A stretch of DNA of 64,000 bases from Armatimonadota bacterium. GTDB taxonomy: Bacteria; Armatimonadota; Fimbriimonadia; Fimbriimonadales; GBS-DC. The notes under the pieces were generated by a model. That model was not told the origin of the DNA. It saw only the letters and a program-made list of their open reading frames with translations, and did not search any database. Of the stretch, positions 53,418 through 64,000 are shown piece by piece. The first letter of the stretch is position 1. Each line of letters opens with the position of its first letter. The stretch covers positions 7,881 through 71,880 of the forward strand of contig JAIMAN010000004.1 of NCBI GenBank assembly GCA_023511915.1. Reading direction: 5' to 3'. The position numbers were made by a program, and so were the translations under genes.

Positions 53418-55250
53418 CTACTCCACCGTTACGCTCTTGGCGAGGTTGCGCGGCTGGTCGATTTCGCACCCGCGCAGGCGGGCGACATGGTAGGCGAACA
53501 GTTGCAGCACGGGGATGCTCACCAGCGGCGAGAGTTCCTCCAGCGGCGGCTTGGGCACGAACACCGTGTAGTCCGCCTCTTGGGGCAGCAGGTGGTCGTC
53601 CTCGGTGGTCACGAGGAACACCGTGCCCTGTCGCGCCTTGATCTCTTTGAGGTTGCCCAGCAGTTTCTCGCGGGTGCGCTCCTGCGTGGCGACGAACACG
53701 GCAATCACGCCAGGCTCCACCAGCGCCAGCGGTCCGTGCTTCATCTCGCCTGCGGGCGGCTCTTGGGTAGGCACATAGGCGATTTCCTTGATTTTGAGGG
53801 CGCCCTCCATCGCGACATAGGCGTCCACCCCACGCCCCAAGTAGAACGCCAGCGGCGTGCGGTAGAGTTGCTCGGCAATCTGGCGCACCTGCGGCTCGGT
53901 CTCCAGGCTGCGGGCAATCAGCGAGGGCGTCTGCATCAGCCCCTTGACGCCCTCCGAGTAGGTCTGCATGGGCAGCGTGCCGTTGATTGCCGACAGGTAC
54001 AGCCCCAACAGGTACAGCACGGCAATTTGCGTGCTGTATGCCTTTGTGGAGGCGACGGAGATTTCAGGTCCCGCTTGGGTGTAGATGACATGGTCGCACT
54101 CGCGGGCGATGCTGCTGCCGACCACATTCACGACGCCCAGCGTAGTGTAGCCCGCCTCGCGGCACAAGCGCAGCGCGGCGAGTGTGTCCGCCGTCTCGCC
54201 CGACTGACTGATGAACACCGCCAGCGTGTTCGGCTGCAGAATCGGGTCGCCGTAGCGGAACTCGGACGAGTAGTAGACCTCCACAGGGCGGCGCAGCCAG
54301 CGTTCCAGCGCGTGCTTGCCGATTAGCCCCGCGTGGTACGCCGTGCCGCACGCCACAATCAGAATGCGCCGAAACTTCTGCCAGTCCTCCACTTCCAGTT
54401 TCAGTTCAGGGAACTGGATGCCGCCGTTGGGCTTGAGTCTGCCGCGCAGGGTGTCGCGCACCGCTTCGGGCTGCTCCAGAATCTCCTTAATCATGAAGTG
54501 TTCGTGTCCGCCCTTTTCGGCGGCTTCAGAAGACCATGTGATTTCGACGGGCGGTCGCTCGACGGGCGCGCCGTCCAAGCGCATCAGGCGCACGGCGTCG
54601 CGCGTCACGACGCCCACATCACCGTTCTCGAGCAGAATCACGCGCCGTGTGTAGGGCAGCAGCGCGGGGATGTCGGAGGCGATAAAGTTTTCGCCTTCGC
54701 CCAGCCCAATCACCAGCGGCGAGTCGTTGCGGGCAATCACCACGCGGTCGGGGTAGTCCATAAGCAGCACGGCGATGGCATACGAGCCGCGCACGGGCTG
54801 CAAGGCGCGGCGCACCGCCTCTTCGGGCGCGTGCCCCTGCGCGAGTTGCTCCTCGATCAGGTGCGCCAGCACCTCGGTGTCGGTTTCCGAACGGAACTGG
54901 TGCCCGCGTGCAAGCAGCTCCTGCTTCAGTTCGAGGTAGTTCTCGATGATGCCGTTATGCACGACGGCGACGCGCCCTTGCTCGTCGGTATGGGGGTGGG
55001 CGTTCGGGTCATTCGGGATGCCGTGCGTTGCCCAGCGCGTGTGCGAGACTGCCAGCCCGTGCGCCTCTATGCCGTTAAGCATCTCGCTCAGGTGCTGGAT
55101 TTTGCCCGCGCGCTTCATCACCTGCAGTTGCTCGCCGCCCCAGAAGGCGACGCCTGCCGAGTCGTAGCCGCGATACTCCAGCCGTTTGAGTGTATCCAGC
55201 GCGACCTCCAGCGCGGGGCGCGCACCGATGTAGCCTGTGATGCCGCACAT
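53418..55250 (-). CDS. glmS: Glutamine--fructose-6-phosphate aminotransferase
   Basis: MCGITGYIG N-terminal nucleophile, two SIS domains, C-terminal LAKSVTVE. Confidence 0.95.
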   Translation of the reverse strand: MCGITGYIGARPALEVALDTLKRLEYRGYDSAGVAFWGGEQLQVMKRAGKIQHLSEMLNGIEAHGLAVSHTRWATHGIPNDPNAHPHTDEQGRVAVVHNGIIENYLELKQELLARGHQFRSETDTEVLAHLIEEQLAQGHAPEEAVRRALQPVRGSYAIAVLLMDYPDRVVIARNDSPLVIGLGEGENFIASDIPALLPYTRRVILLENGDVGVVTRDAVRLMRLDGAPVERPPVEITWSSEAAEKGGHEHFMIKEILEQPEAVRDTLRGRLKPNGGIQFPELKLEVEDWQKFRRILIVACGTAYHAGLIGKHALERWLRRPVEVYYSSEFRYGDPILQPNTLAVFISQSGETADTLAALRLCREAGYTTLGVVNVVGSSIARECDHVIYTQAGPEISVASTKAYSTQIAVLYLLGLYLSAINGTLPMQTYSEGVKGLMQTPSLIARSLETEPQVRQIAEQLYRTPLAFYLGRGVDAYVAMEGALKIKEIAYVPTQEPPAGEMKHGPLALVEPGVIAVFVATQERTREKLLGNLKEIKARQGTVFLVTTEDDHLLPQEADYTVFVPKPPLEELSPLVSIPVLQLFAYHVARLRGCEIDQPRNLAKSVTVE

Positions 55251-55317
55251 AGCGTTCCCTCTCCTGCATCCGCGCGGCGGCGGACGCCTACAGGGGTATT
55301 ATACCGCTGGGCGGGGG

Positions 55318-56559
55318 TCAGCCCGCGCGCTGGCTTTCCAAGTAGCTGGCGACGGCGGGCTGCACGACGCCGTAGGGCAACGCCACATCGCGCCCAACGC
55401 GCTCGAACAGGCTGGCGTAGCTTTGCCCGACCCTATGCCAGCTCAGCCCCGCCGCCTTGCGCTGCGCGACCAGCTTGTGATAGCGCATCAGCACAGGGTC
55501 GGACAGCAGCTGCAGCATCGCGTCCGCAATCGACTGCGGGTTCTGGAACTGCGCCAGCATCCCGCCGCCGTCCGCCAGCACCTCCCGTGCGTACAAATAC
55601 GGCGTGGAGATGACCACGCACCCTGCCGCAATCGCATACGCCAGCGTGCCGCTGGTAATCTGGTCGGGGTTCAGGTACGGCGTGATATAGATGTCGGTCG
55701 CCCGCAGGTACAGCCGAATGTCGTCCAGCGTCAGGTAGCGGTTCTCGAAGATCACATGCTCCTGCACGCCCAGCCGCTGGGCTTCCTGCATCAGGAACTC
55801 GCGATACGCCTCGCCCTCGTGCGCGCGCACTTTGGGGTGCGTCTCACCCAGCACCAAGTAGACCAGGTTCGGGAACTGCTCCACGACGGCGGGCAGGGCG
55901 CGAATCACATCCTCGATGCCCTTGCCGCGGCTGACCAGCCCGAAGGTGCTGATGACCGTGCGCCCGCTCATGCCGATTCGCGCTTTGGCGTCCTGCGGGG
56001 CAATCGGCAGCGGCTCAGGCGCGCCGTGCGGAATCACATACACATGGCGCGTCGGGGCGTTGTAGACAGTATCCAGCAGGCGTACCGCTGTGCCCGCCAT
56101 CACCACCACCGCGTCGGAGGCGCGCACAATCGCCTGCAGAATCTCGCGCATCGGCTCGCTGGGGCGCGGCACAACCGTGTGCAGGGTCGTCACCACGGGC
56201 ACGCGCAAATGCTCCAGAAAAGTCAACACATGTGCGCCCATCTCGCCGCCGAAGATGCCGTACTCGTGCTGCAGGCTCACCACGCGCACATCCGATCGGT
56301 TCAGCAGGCGCGCGGCTTCGATGTAGTCGCCCTCCTCTTCGCGGCGCAACTGATACATCACGCGGGGGTCAGGATGATGCTCAAGGCGCGTCTCGTGGTC
56401 TGCCGAGACCACTACGCCGTCCCAGCCGTGCCGTTCCACCGCCTGAAGCACATCCTGCGTGAAGGTCGCCAATCCGCACTCCGTGGGCGGATAGGTACTC
56501 ACGAACGCGACCTGCGGTCGGCTCTTGTGCAAACCGTTTCTTAATGTCATCATAATCAC
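55318..56559 (-). CDS. Glycosyltransferase, GT4 (group 1) family
   Basis: VAFVSTYPPTECGLATF N-terminus. C-terminal GT-B half with the E-x7-E-like region (YLNPDQITSGTLAYAIAAG). Confidence 0.75.
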   Translation of the reverse strand: MIMMTLRNGLHKSRPQVAFVSTYPPTECGLATFTQDVLQAVERHGWDGVVVSADHETRLEHHPDPRVMYQLRREEEGDYIEAARLLNRSDVRVVSLQHEYGIFGGEMGAHVLTFLEHLRVPVVTTLHTVVPRPSEPMREILQAIVRASDAVVVMAGTAVRLLDTVYNAPTRHVYVIPHGAPEPLPIAPQDAKARIGMSGRTVISTFGLVSRGKGIEDVIRALPAVVEQFPNLVYLVLGETHPKVRAHEGEAYREFLMQEAQRLGVQEHVIFENRYLTLDDIRLYLRATDIYITPYLNPDQITSGTLAYAIAAGCVVISTPYLYAREVLADGGGMLAQFQNPQSIADAMLQLLSDPVLMRYHKLVAQRKAAGLSWHRVGQSYASLFERVGRDVALPYGVVQPAVASYLESQRAG

Positions 56560-56857
56560 CTCCCGATCGGGTATGCGCCTTCTGCGAGAAAGCGTCAGCG
56601 TAGGCGGCGCGTCAAAAGTGCGCCAAATCGCGGATGCAACTTCGCAAAACCAGCAGGTTCAATCCAACTCGCCGTTGATGTTTCGGGCTGTGCCCAAAAC
56701 CAAAGCGACACTGCTGGCTTCCTTGCCTGCGGTGTGTGGGGCTCCTCTAATCCTCTCCTCAGCCATATGATACCCGATTAAGGTTATCGGAGTCAAGTCT
56801 TTCCACACCACAGCGGCGCATGTTCATGGGGATTGTCGGCATCGGGCTGGAAATTCT

Positions 56858-58417
56858 TTAGGGGGTTCGGCGGCGATTATCGGCGATTGCCAGCGCAATC
56901 AGGGCAACGCCCACCCCGACTGCCCAATCGCCCCAGCGCACATACGGGGTCTGAACCGTGCGCGGGTGGACGGGCGCGTCCAGCACGGTTTCGGTGAAGG
57001 CGGGCGCGCGGGCGCGAATCGCGCCTGTTGGCGCAACGAACGCTGTAATCCCTTCGGGGGCGCACCGCGCGACCCAGCGGCGCGTCTCGATCGCCCGCAG
57101 CACGCAGAACGCCAAGTGCTGCTCCAACGCCGCCGTGCGCCCGAACCACGATTCGTTGGAACCGACTGCCAGCAGGGTCGCGCCCGCGTTTGCCAGCCCG
57201 CGCGCCACCCACGGGTAGGTGGACTCCATGCAAATCACCGCGCCGATACGCATATCCCCCGCCTGCAGGGGTTGCAGCGTATCGCCCGCGCGCAGGTCGC
57301 CCTCTACCACGCCGAAGATGCGCAGGAACGACAGCCACTCGCGATAGGGCACATGCTCGCCCAACGGCACAAGTTGCACCTTGTCGTGGTAGCGCCACTC
57401 GCCGTCGGGCAGGAACAGGAACATCGTGTTGGCGGCTTGGCGCGTGTCGGGGTCAGCGACGCGATAGCCGCCCACCAGCAGCGCGACGCCCGTCTCCCGC
57501 GCCAGCGATTGCCAGAACCGCAGCGCGTCGCGGGCGTCGGGCATCGGGTACGGCTCAATCACTTCGGGCAGCACAATCAGGTCGGGGCGCGGGGGCAGGC
57601 TGTGCGTGCGGCGCCAGTCGGGGCTAAGTGCGCTGGCGCGGCGCACTTGGTTGCCGATGCGCTCGCGAATGGGCGTCCACTCGTCGGGGGTGTAGGCGCG
57701 CGCGAGGTTCACATTCGGCTGCGCCAGCGCAATCAGGCGCGTGCGCTCGTCCAGACGCGCGTCGATGAGTTGCCACGCGCCGTAGCGGTTCGCGCTCCAC
57801 GCCAGCAGCGCGCCCGCGCCCAGCACGGTCGCCAGCGCGACGCCGACCGCAGGGCGATGCCGTCGTTGCGCCGCCAGCCACGCGCCATACGCCAGCAGCC
57901 CGTTCCACAGCGCAAGCAGCAACTCCACGCCCCACGCGCCGACCAGTTCCGCGGGCTGCAGCAGCATGGGCGCAGGCGCAAGCGCGACGCTGAAGTGCCC
58001 CCACACCAGCGCGAACGGCCCCAGCCCGCGCAGGTACTGCGTCAGTGCCCACGCGCCCGCCGCGCCCAGCACCCCCAGCGGAGTGCGCCCCATCTGCGAC
58101 GCCAGGATGCCGAACAGCCCCCCGAACAGCGCGCTCAGCCCCGCCGCCAGCGATAGCCCGACCACGCTCAGCGCGACGCTGCCTGTCTGCAACTCAATCA
58201 GGTACAGCAGCGGATGCCCCAGCGTGAGATAGTAGATGAAACTCCACAGCCAGCCGTAGGCGAAGCCCACTCGCGCTCGGGTCGCCAGCGTCAGCCCAAA
58301 CAGCGCGGCGGGCGCACACAGAATCAGCCCCCACGCGCTCAGCGGCGGATGCGCCAACCCGCTCGCCACCGCGCTCGCACAGAGAAGCCCTACCCGCAAA
58401 CCGCTTATGCGCGTCAA
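56858..58417 (-). CDS. lnt: Apolipoprotein N-acyltransferase
   Basis: N-terminal polytopic part, then a CN-hydrolase domain (LIVLPEV..., GAVICMESTYP with catalytic Cys). Start set to the in-frame TTG at 58417. The ORF-track extension to 58648 is Arg-rich and overlaps the divergent gene. Confidence 0.75.
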   Translation of the reverse strand: MTRISGLRVGLLCASAVASGLAHPPLSAWGLILCAPAALFGLTLATRARVGFAYGWLWSFIYYLTLGHPLLYLIELQTGSVALSVVGLSLAAGLSALFGGLFGILASQMGRTPLGVLGAAGAWALTQYLRGLGPFALVWGHFSVALAPAPMLLQPAELVGAWGVELLLALWNGLLAYGAWLAAQRRHRPAVGVALATVLGAGALLAWSANRYGAWQLIDARLDERTRLIALAQPNVNLARAYTPDEWTPIRERIGNQVRRASALSPDWRRTHSLPPRPDLIVLPEVIEPYPMPDARDALRFWQSLARETGVALLVGGYRVADPDTRQAANTMFLFLPDGEWRYHDKVQLVPLGEHVPYREWLSFLRIFGVVEGDLRAGDTLQPLQAGDMRIGAVICMESTYPWVARGLANAGATLLAVGSNESWFGRTAALEQHLAFCVLRAIETRRWVARCAPEGITAFVAPTGAIRARAPAFTETVLDAPVHPRTVQTPYVRWGDWAVGVGVALIALAIADNRRRTP

Positions 58418-58634
58418 TTGTCTGTCTCCCACACAACCAAGTTTTTGGAGTGCTGAAGCGGCAGCTTCAGCGTCGGGCAGTCGCTGCGCTTCTGCAGTCT
58501 CCCCACACCTCCGCAGAAGAGGGATAAGCCAAGCAAGCCTACGATTCACCCCCACATGCGCGTTCCCTGCCCTCCGCAGGCGGCAGGAATTCCGTGCGTC
58601 GGTGCGAATCTGTTCTGCACAGGGGGAGGTTTGT

Positions 58635-60635
58635 ATGCGACCGTGCATTTATAGCGTGCTGTTGGGTGCGTATATGGGTGTGCCGTTGTTTGCACAGCCT
58701 GTCGAGCCGCGCAGTTTTCCCGCGCAGAAACTGAGCCGTCCGCCCGTCATCGACGGCGTCGTCAACCCTGATGAGTGGGCGGAGGCGTACCTTGTGGAGC
58801 GGTTCTGGTCGCCGTCGCGTCAGCAGTGGGGCGCATTCCCCACACGCGCCTACATCGGCTACGACTCGGAAGCGGTCTATGTCGCCTTTATTTGCGAAGA
58901 CCCCGACCCCAGCCAAATCCGCGCGCAGGAGACCAAGCGCGGCGGCTCTCTGGAGAACGACGACACCGTGCTGGTGCTGCTGGAGCCGCAAGCGCGCGGG
59001 CTGGAGCCGTACAGTTTCACGGTGAACGCGCGCGGCGCACAAGCGGACGAGTTCCCCGCAGGCACGACCGAAAACATCCGCTGGCGCGGCGACTGGCAAG
59101 CGGCGACGCACTCGTTGCCGAACGGCTGGAGCGCAGAAGTGCGCATCCCGTTCCGCATCCTGCGCTACCCGCCCAAGCAGACGCGCTTCGGGGTGATTCT
59201 GGAGCGGTACATCCCGCGCCTGAACGAGATTTACACCTTCCCGAACATGGGCGCGTACTACTCCACGCGCCGTCAGAGCCTGTGGACGGGGCTGGAGTTG
59301 CCCCCGCCGCGCTACCCCGTGATCCTGCTGCCGTACTTCACGGGCGACAGCGACCCCGACCGCACGCACGGGCGCGGCGGACTCGATGTGCGCTATATCG
59401 CGGGCGACCCGCTGACCGCGCTGCTGACCGTCAAGCCCGACTTCCGCAACATCGCCGCCGATGTCGCCCGCGTGGACTTTTCGTACACCGAGAAGGTGCT
59501 GGCAGAGACGCGCCCGTTTTTCCAAGAGGGCAGCGAGTTCCTGCCAGGGCGGGCGATGTTCTACAGCGTGCGCGTGCAGGACTTGAACGCGGGGCTGAAG
59601 GCGTTCGGCGCGCTGGGCGACTGGCGCTACGGCGCGACAGTCGGCGAGTACGAACACAACGGTCGCTTGCGCCAGTTCGGGGTCGGGCGCATCCGCTACC
59701 AGTTCGCCGAGCGGTCGTTTGTGAGCCTGCTGGGGGTGCGCCTGCAGGGCGATGTGCAGGAGGATACCCTCGGCGCGCTGCTGGACACGCAACGCATCAC
59801 GGGCGAGGGCGAACTGCGCCTGACCGCAGCGTACTATCGGCTCAGCGGCGACCGTGAGGGCGTCTACCAGCAATACACGCTGTATCGCAACGCGCCCGAA
59901 CGCCGCCCCAACTACCTGCTGCAATACACCGACATCGAGCCGAACTACCGCCCGCGCCTGGGCTTCGCGCCCGAAACGGGCTATCGCGGCTGGCGCGTCG
60001 GCGCGCTATGGTTCGACCGACCCAACAGCGAGCGACTGCTGTATACCGAGACGCGCCTCGAAGCCACCCAGCGTACACGCTACGGCGGCGACCGACTCGA
60101 CGAGGGCGTCGCGATTACCCAGCAGTGGCTGTTCACCTCGCAGAATCGGCTGACGCTGAGCGCAGACTACCTGAACCGCCCGCCGAACATCGATCGCACG
60201 CTGGGCATTGAATATGCGTGGAATGTGCTGGACATCTATCGCACGGGCGCGCTGAGCGTGCGTGTCGGCGAGCAGAACGGCGGGCGCAGCCTGTACGCGC
60301 TGCTGACACAGGCATACGAACTCGCGCCGCGCCTGCGACTCCGACTCGAACTGGAGAGCCTCGACATCGACTACCCCAGCGACCCGACCGACCGCGCTCG
60401 ACAACTGATTTTCACCCTCAACTACGAGATTGACCCCGAACGCGCGGTGGGCGGCAGGCTGGTGCTGAATCGGCTGGAGTTTGGTGGTGAGACGGAGACC
60501 ACGCGCAATTTCTACCTGACCTACCTGCAGCGCGTCAGGCGCGGGTTCGATCTCTATGTCATCTACGGCCTGCCGAACGCCACCCGCGCCCAGAACCGAC
60601 TTGCGGTCAAAATCATCACCCCGCTGGAGTTGTGA
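58635..60635 (+). CDS. Outer-membrane protein with N-terminal CBM9/DOMON-like domain and DUF5916-type beta-barrel
   Basis: GGGGGAGG SD and ATG at 58635, with a signal peptide. [17 protein letters not shown]...[21 protein letters not shown], followed by a long region of alternating beta-strand pattern. Confidence 0.55.
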   Translation: MRPCIYSVLLGAYMGVPLFAQPVEPRSFPAQKLSRPPVIDGVVNPDEWAEAYLVERFWSPSRQQWGAFPTRAYIGYDSEAVYVAFICEDPDPSQIRAQETKRGGSLENDDTVLVLLEPQARGLEPYSFTVNARGAQADEFPAGTTENIRWRGDWQAATHSLPNGWSAEVRIPFRILRYPPKQTRFGVILERYIPRLNEIYTFPNMGAYYSTRRQSLWTGLELPPPRYPVILLPYFTGDSDPDRTHGRGGLDVRYIAGDPLTALLTVKPDFRNIAADVARVDFSYTEKVLAETRPFFQEGSEFLPGRAMFYSVRVQDLNAGLKAFGALGDWRYGATVGEYEHNGRLRQFGVGRIRYQFAERSFVSLLGVRLQGDVQEDTLGALLDTQRITGEGELRLTAAYYRLSGDREGVYQQYTLYRNAPERRPNYLLQYTDIEPNYRPRLGFAPETGYRGWRVGALWFDRPNSERLLYTETRLEATQRTRYGGDRLDEGVAITQQWLFTSQNRLTLSADYLNRPPNIDRTLGIEYAWNVLDIYRTGALSVRVGEQNGGRSLYALLTQAYELAPRLRLRLELESLDIDYPSDPTDRARQLIFTLNYEIDPERAVGGRLVLNRLEFGGETETTRNFYLTYLQRVRRGFDLYVIYGLPNATRAQNRLAVKIITPLEL

Positions 60636-60685
60636 AACGCAAAAACCACACGGCTATGTGCTATAATACAGGCTGGAGGTACACC

Positions 60686-61516
60686 ATGCAACGGCGAAGA
60701 GGCTTTACGCTGATTGAGCTATTGGTCGTCATCGCGATTATCGCGATTCTGGCGGCGATCCTGTTCCCCGTGTTCGCCCAAGCGCGCGAGAAGGCGCGCC
60801 AGACGACCTGCACCAGCAATCTCAAGCAGATTGGCACGGCGTTTATGATGTATGTGCAGGACTATGACGAGACCTACCCGCCCTGGACGGGGATGTGCCC
60901 AGATGCGAACCTGCGCTGGGCGCTGCGCTATATGTTCCCTGGATTAGTTGACCCCTACATCAAAAACGGCGCGAATGTGCAAACAGGCGAGCTGAAGGAT
61001 GTGTGGGCGTGTCCGTCCTCTAAGGCAGGGCTGGGCGCGGTGAGCAACACCTACGCTTACAACTTCTGGACTTTCGGCGGCTACAGCACCTGTATGTGTC
61101 TGCCGAATCAGGCAGCATGTACGCGCGACCCAGGCGCGTTTGCCCAGTTCGCCAGCTCGGCGTACAACACGCCCGCGCCGCAGGCAGCGATTCAGTTCCC
61201 TGCGGAGACCATCATGCTTTCCGACGGAGCGCAGCTGAGCCGACCGCCGCAGTTCGCGATTGGCTTCAACGGCGATATCTACTTCGTCGGCGTGTGGGGG
61301 GCACACCAGCGCGGCAACGGCAATGTGAACACCACCGCCACCAGCAACCAGTTCATCAAGACGCTCATCACCGGGCGGCTGACGAATGTGCTGTATGCCG
61401 ACGGGCATGTGAAGACCACGCCCACCACGCGCTGGTACCACCGCAACTACGCCTCTATCGACGGCTCGTGGCGCGGCGAGGCGACCGACAATCGCTACTG
61501 GGCGCGCGAGTGGTAA
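60686..61516 (+). CDS. Prepilin-type N-terminal cleavage/methylation domain protein (DUF1559-like pseudopilin)
   Basis: TGcTATAAT (60659-67), [57 protein letters not shown]...YADGHVK. Confidence 0.85.
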   Translation: MQRRRGFTLIELLVVIAIIAILAAILFPVFAQAREKARQTTCTSNLKQIGTAFMMYVQDYDETYPPWTGMCPDANLRWALRYMFPGLVDPYIKNGANVQTGELKDVWACPSSKAGLGAVSNTYAYNFWTFGGYSTCMCLPNQAACTRDPGAFAQFASSAYNTPAPQAAIQFPAETIMLSDGAQLSRPPQFAIGFNGDIYFVGVWGAHQRGNGNVNTTATSNQFIKTLITGRLTNVLYADGHVKTTPTTRWYHRNYASIDGSWRGEATDNRYWAREW

Positions 61517-61624
61517 CCCCCCGATTCCCGTAGTTGCTTGCGGAGACCCGCTCGATCGCGCATCGAGCGGGTATACTTTATTGTCAGGCAGGACGCACTT
61601 TGTGGGCAAGGAGGACTGGCACTT

Positions 61625-62935
61625 TTGGAGAGCTACACCATTACGGGCGGGATGCCCCTTCGGGGCGCGATAACGATTAGCGGCAGCAAGAACGCCGCCT
61701 TGGCGCTGATGGCAGGCGCGCTGCTCATCGAAGGCGAGGTGATTCTGCACAACACGCCCCAGATTGAGGATGTGTTCACCATGCTGGCGCTGCTGGAGGG
61801 GCTGGGCGTGCAGACGCACTGGGAAGGCGCGCACACGCTGTATCTGGACACGCGCGACATTCACCACGCCGAGCCGAACCCGCAGTTGGTCAACCGCATG
61901 CGGGCGTCGTTCTACATCTTCGGACCCCTGCTGGCGCGGCTGGGCTACGCGAAGATGCCCCACCCCGGCGGATGCCAAATCGGCAGCCGTCCCGTGAACT
62001 TCCACCTCAACGGGCTGCGTGCGCTGGGGGCAAGCATCACGGAGAACGGCAGCCACACCTACACGGCGCAGACGCTGGGGCTAACAGGCGCGCGCATCTA
62101 TCTGGATATGCCCAGCGCGGGCGCAACGCAACAACTGATGACCGCCGCCGTGTACGCCAGCGGCGTCACCACCATCGAGAACGCCGCAGTGGAGCCTGAG
62201 GTCGTGAACCTCGCGAACTTCCTCAACGCGGCAGGCGCACGCATCGAAGGCGCAGGCGCCAGCACGCTCTATATTCAAGGCGTGTCGGAACTGAAGCGTA
62301 CAGTGGAGTACACGGTCATCCCCGACCGCTTGGAGGCGGGCACCCTCGCGCTGGCGGCGGCAATCACGCGCGGCGAAATCACGCTGCAACGGGTCATCCC
62401 CGAACACCTGCACGCGCTGCTGGCGAAACTGCGCGAGGCGGGCGTGCAAGTGCGCGAAACTGAAGACGCCGTCACCGTGCGGGCGACCGAGCGACCCAAG
62501 CCCCTCGACATCCGCACAATGCCCTATCCGGGCTTCCCGACCGATTTGCAGCAGCCGATGTGCGCCCTGCTGACGCTCGCCGACGGCGCGTCCAAAGTGC
62601 TGGAGACCATCTACGAGAACCGCACGCAGCATGTGCCCGAACTGCAGAAGATGGGCGCGGACATCGTCGCCGAGGGGCGCACAATCCTCATTCGCGGGGT
62701 GGAGCGGCTCAAGGGCGCGCGCATGCGAGCGACCGACCTGCGCGGGGGCGCAGCGTTGGTGCTGGCAGGCTTAGCCGCGCACGGCGAAACCACCATCGAG
62801 GAGATTGTCCACATCGATCGCGGCTACGAACAGCTCGAGGGTAAACTTCAGGCGTTGGGGGCGCACATCCAACGCGTCGTGCCGTACACCTACGCCGCGA
62901 CGCACGCCAACGAGGAGGTATCGCAAAGCCCGTGA
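61625..62935 (+). CDS. murA: UDP-N-acetylglucosamine 1-carboxyvinyltransferase
   Basis: AAGGAGGA SD 9 nt before the TTG at 61625. ITGGMPLRGAITISGSKNAALALMAGALL...GGCQIGSRPVNFH...YPGFPTDLQ. Confidence 0.9.
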   Translation: MESYTITGGMPLRGAITISGSKNAALALMAGALLIEGEVILHNTPQIEDVFTMLALLEGLGVQTHWEGAHTLYLDTRDIHHAEPNPQLVNRMRASFYIFGPLLARLGYAKMPHPGGCQIGSRPVNFHLNGLRALGASITENGSHTYTAQTLGLTGARIYLDMPSAGATQQLMTAAVYASGVTTIENAAVEPEVVNLANFLNAAGARIEGAGASTLYIQGVSELKRTVEYTVIPDRLEAGTLALAAAITRGEITLQRVIPEHLHALLAKLREAGVQVRETEDAVTVRATERPKPLDIRTMPYPGFPTDLQQPMCALLTLADGASKVLETIYENRTQHVPELQKMGADIVAEGRTILIRGVERLKGARMRATDLRGGAALVLAGLAAHGETTIEEIVHIDRGYEQLEGKLQALGAHIQRVVPYTYAATHANEEVSQSP

Positions 62936-63945
62936 GCATGTTTCGGCTGCACGCAGAACTGGGCGTGGATTTGGGCACGGCGAACCTGCTGGTCTACCAA
63001 CGGGGGCGCGGCATCGTGCTGCGCGAGCCGTCGGTGGTCGCCATCTCGCAGCCGACGGGCAGGGTACTCGCCGTCGGCGAAGAGGCGCGCCTGATGCTCG
63101 GACGCACGCCTGGCAACATCACAGCGGTCAAGCCCCTCGTGAACGGCGTGATCGCCGACTACACCATCACGCTGGAGATGATACGCTATGTGGTCAACAA
63201 GATTCTGGGCAAGCGGCGGCTGTTTTCGCCGCGCATGCTGGTGTGCGTGCCCTCCAGCGCAACCGATGTGGAACGGCGCGCCGTCATCCAAGCCGCCAAA
63301 GAGGCTGGCGCAGGCGAGGTTCACCTGATCGAGGAACCGATGGCAGCCGCTATCGGCGCAGGACTGCCCATCAGCCAGCCAGGGGGCAACATGGTGGTGG
63401 ACATCGGCGGCGGCACAACCGATATTGCTGTCATCTCGCTGGGCGGGATTGTGATTAGCCGCAGCATTCGCGTCGCGGGCAACAAACTCGACGAAGCCAT
63501 CGCCCGCCATGTGCGCCAACGCTACAACCTGATGATCGGCGAGCGCACCGCCGAGGAGATCAAAATCCGTATCGGCTCCGCCTACCCGCTGCAGCAGGAA
63601 CTCACGATGGAGGTGCGCGGGCGCGAACTGGTGGAGGGGTTGCCGCGCACAGTGGTCGTCCACTCGGAGGAAATCCGAAACGCGCTGACCGAACCCGTGA
63701 ACCAGATTGTGGAGAAGGTGCGCTCCGTGCTGGAGGAGACGCCCCCCGAACTCGCGTCGGACATCATCGAGCGCGGGATTGTGCTGACGGGCGGCGGCGC
63801 GCTGCTGCGCGGGTTCGACAAACTGCTCCAGCAGGCGACGGGCATCCCCGTCTACATCGCGGATGACCCGCTCTCCTGCGTGGCGATTGGCACAGGGCGC
63901 GCCCTGGAGGAGATGGACGCTATCAGCAAAGCCGCGCAGGTCTAA
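62932..63945 (+). CDS. mreB: Rod-shape-determining actin homologue MreB
   Basis: LGVDLGTANLLVY...VVDIGGGTTDIAVISLGGIV...GIVLTGGGALLRG. GTGA overlap with murA. Confidence 0.95.
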   Translation: MSMFRLHAELGVDLGTANLLVYQRGRGIVLREPSVVAISQPTGRVLAVGEEARLMLGRTPGNITAVKPLVNGVIADYTITLEMIRYVVNKILGKRRLFSPRMLVCVPSSATDVERRAVIQAAKEAGAGEVHLIEEPMAAAIGAGLPISQPGGNMVVDIGGGTTDIAVISLGGIVISRSIRVAGNKLDEAIARHVRQRYNLMIGERTAEEIKIRIGSAYPLQQELTMEVRGRELVEGLPRTVVVHSEEIRNALTEPVNQIVEKVRSVLEETPPELASDIIERGIVLTGGGALLRGFDKLLQQATGIPVYIADDPLSCVAIGTGRALEEMDAISKAAQV

Positions 63946-64000
63946 ATACGCACGAGGGTCAACACGGCATCGTCGGCGATTGTGAGTTGGTGCGCTGCCG

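Noticed and set aside
55251-55317. Possible glmS ribozyme upstream of glmS.
   Set aside because: Only 67 nt separate glmS from the upstream GT4 stop, and this stretch holds just a TATAAT box (55298-55303, - strand) and a GGAGAGGGA SD. That is too short for the ribozyme core of about 170 nt, and no conserved core sequence is visible.
56659-56766. 35-codon ORF (MAEERIRGAPHTAGKEASS...) at the start of the GT4 leader.
   Set aside because: Its ATG directly abuts the predicted -10 hexamer, so it would lie upstream of the transcription start. There is no SD.
58418-58648. N-terminal 77-residue extension of the lnt ORF given in the track.
   Set aside because: The extension is Arg-rich and non-hydrophobic. 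It overlaps the start and SD of the divergent CBM9/DUF5916 gene. Lnt homologues begin near the first TM helix, which fits the TTG at 58417.

Overview
High-GC bacterial chromosomal window, almost entirely coding: about 60 protein genes and 2 tRNAs, with no rRNA, CRISPR array, transposase or integrase visible. All calls rest on manual translation and remembered family motifs; no searches were run. Most genes are housekeeping or envelope-related: partial lepA, flhB, an RluB-type pseudouridine synthase, icd, pgl, an ECF sigma/anti-sigma/HtrA module, upp, an HD-GYP response regulator, an F1Fo ATP synthase operon that ends after gamma, a SEDS (RodA/FtsW) gene, a polyprenyl synthase, ubiX, folC, an Omp85-family protein, family-4 UDG, nuoM, galT, glmS, lnt, murA and mreB. 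The accessory genes are two PEP-CTERM proteins, two prepilin-type (DUF1559-like) proteins, a frameshifted dockerin protein, a Uma2 nuclease, GH127 and a cutinase/PETase-fold hydrolase. By inference only, this mix suggests an Armatimonadota- or Planctomycetota-like lineage. The items most worth a second look are: (1) two orphan promoter-to-terminator units with no credible ORF (30382-30582 and 15964-16117), which are candidate structured RNAs; (2) -10 boxes sitting 6-9 nt upstream of many start codons, implying leaderless or near-leaderless mRNAs; (3) a CorA-architecture protein with GAN in place of GMN; (4) a cytoplasmic PETase-fold hydrolase paired with GH127; (5) an uncharacterised ABC-2 cluster with a 652-aa accessory protein and a mini DUF2339 protein; (6) isolated single genes of large machines (flhB, nuoM, atp operon without beta/epsilon); and (7) several gene-structure anomalies: a RuvX-like gene with no canonical start, a frameshifted dockerin gene, and a TPR protein with a degenerate P-loop. 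I did not find a clear-cut novel multi-gene system such as a defence island.
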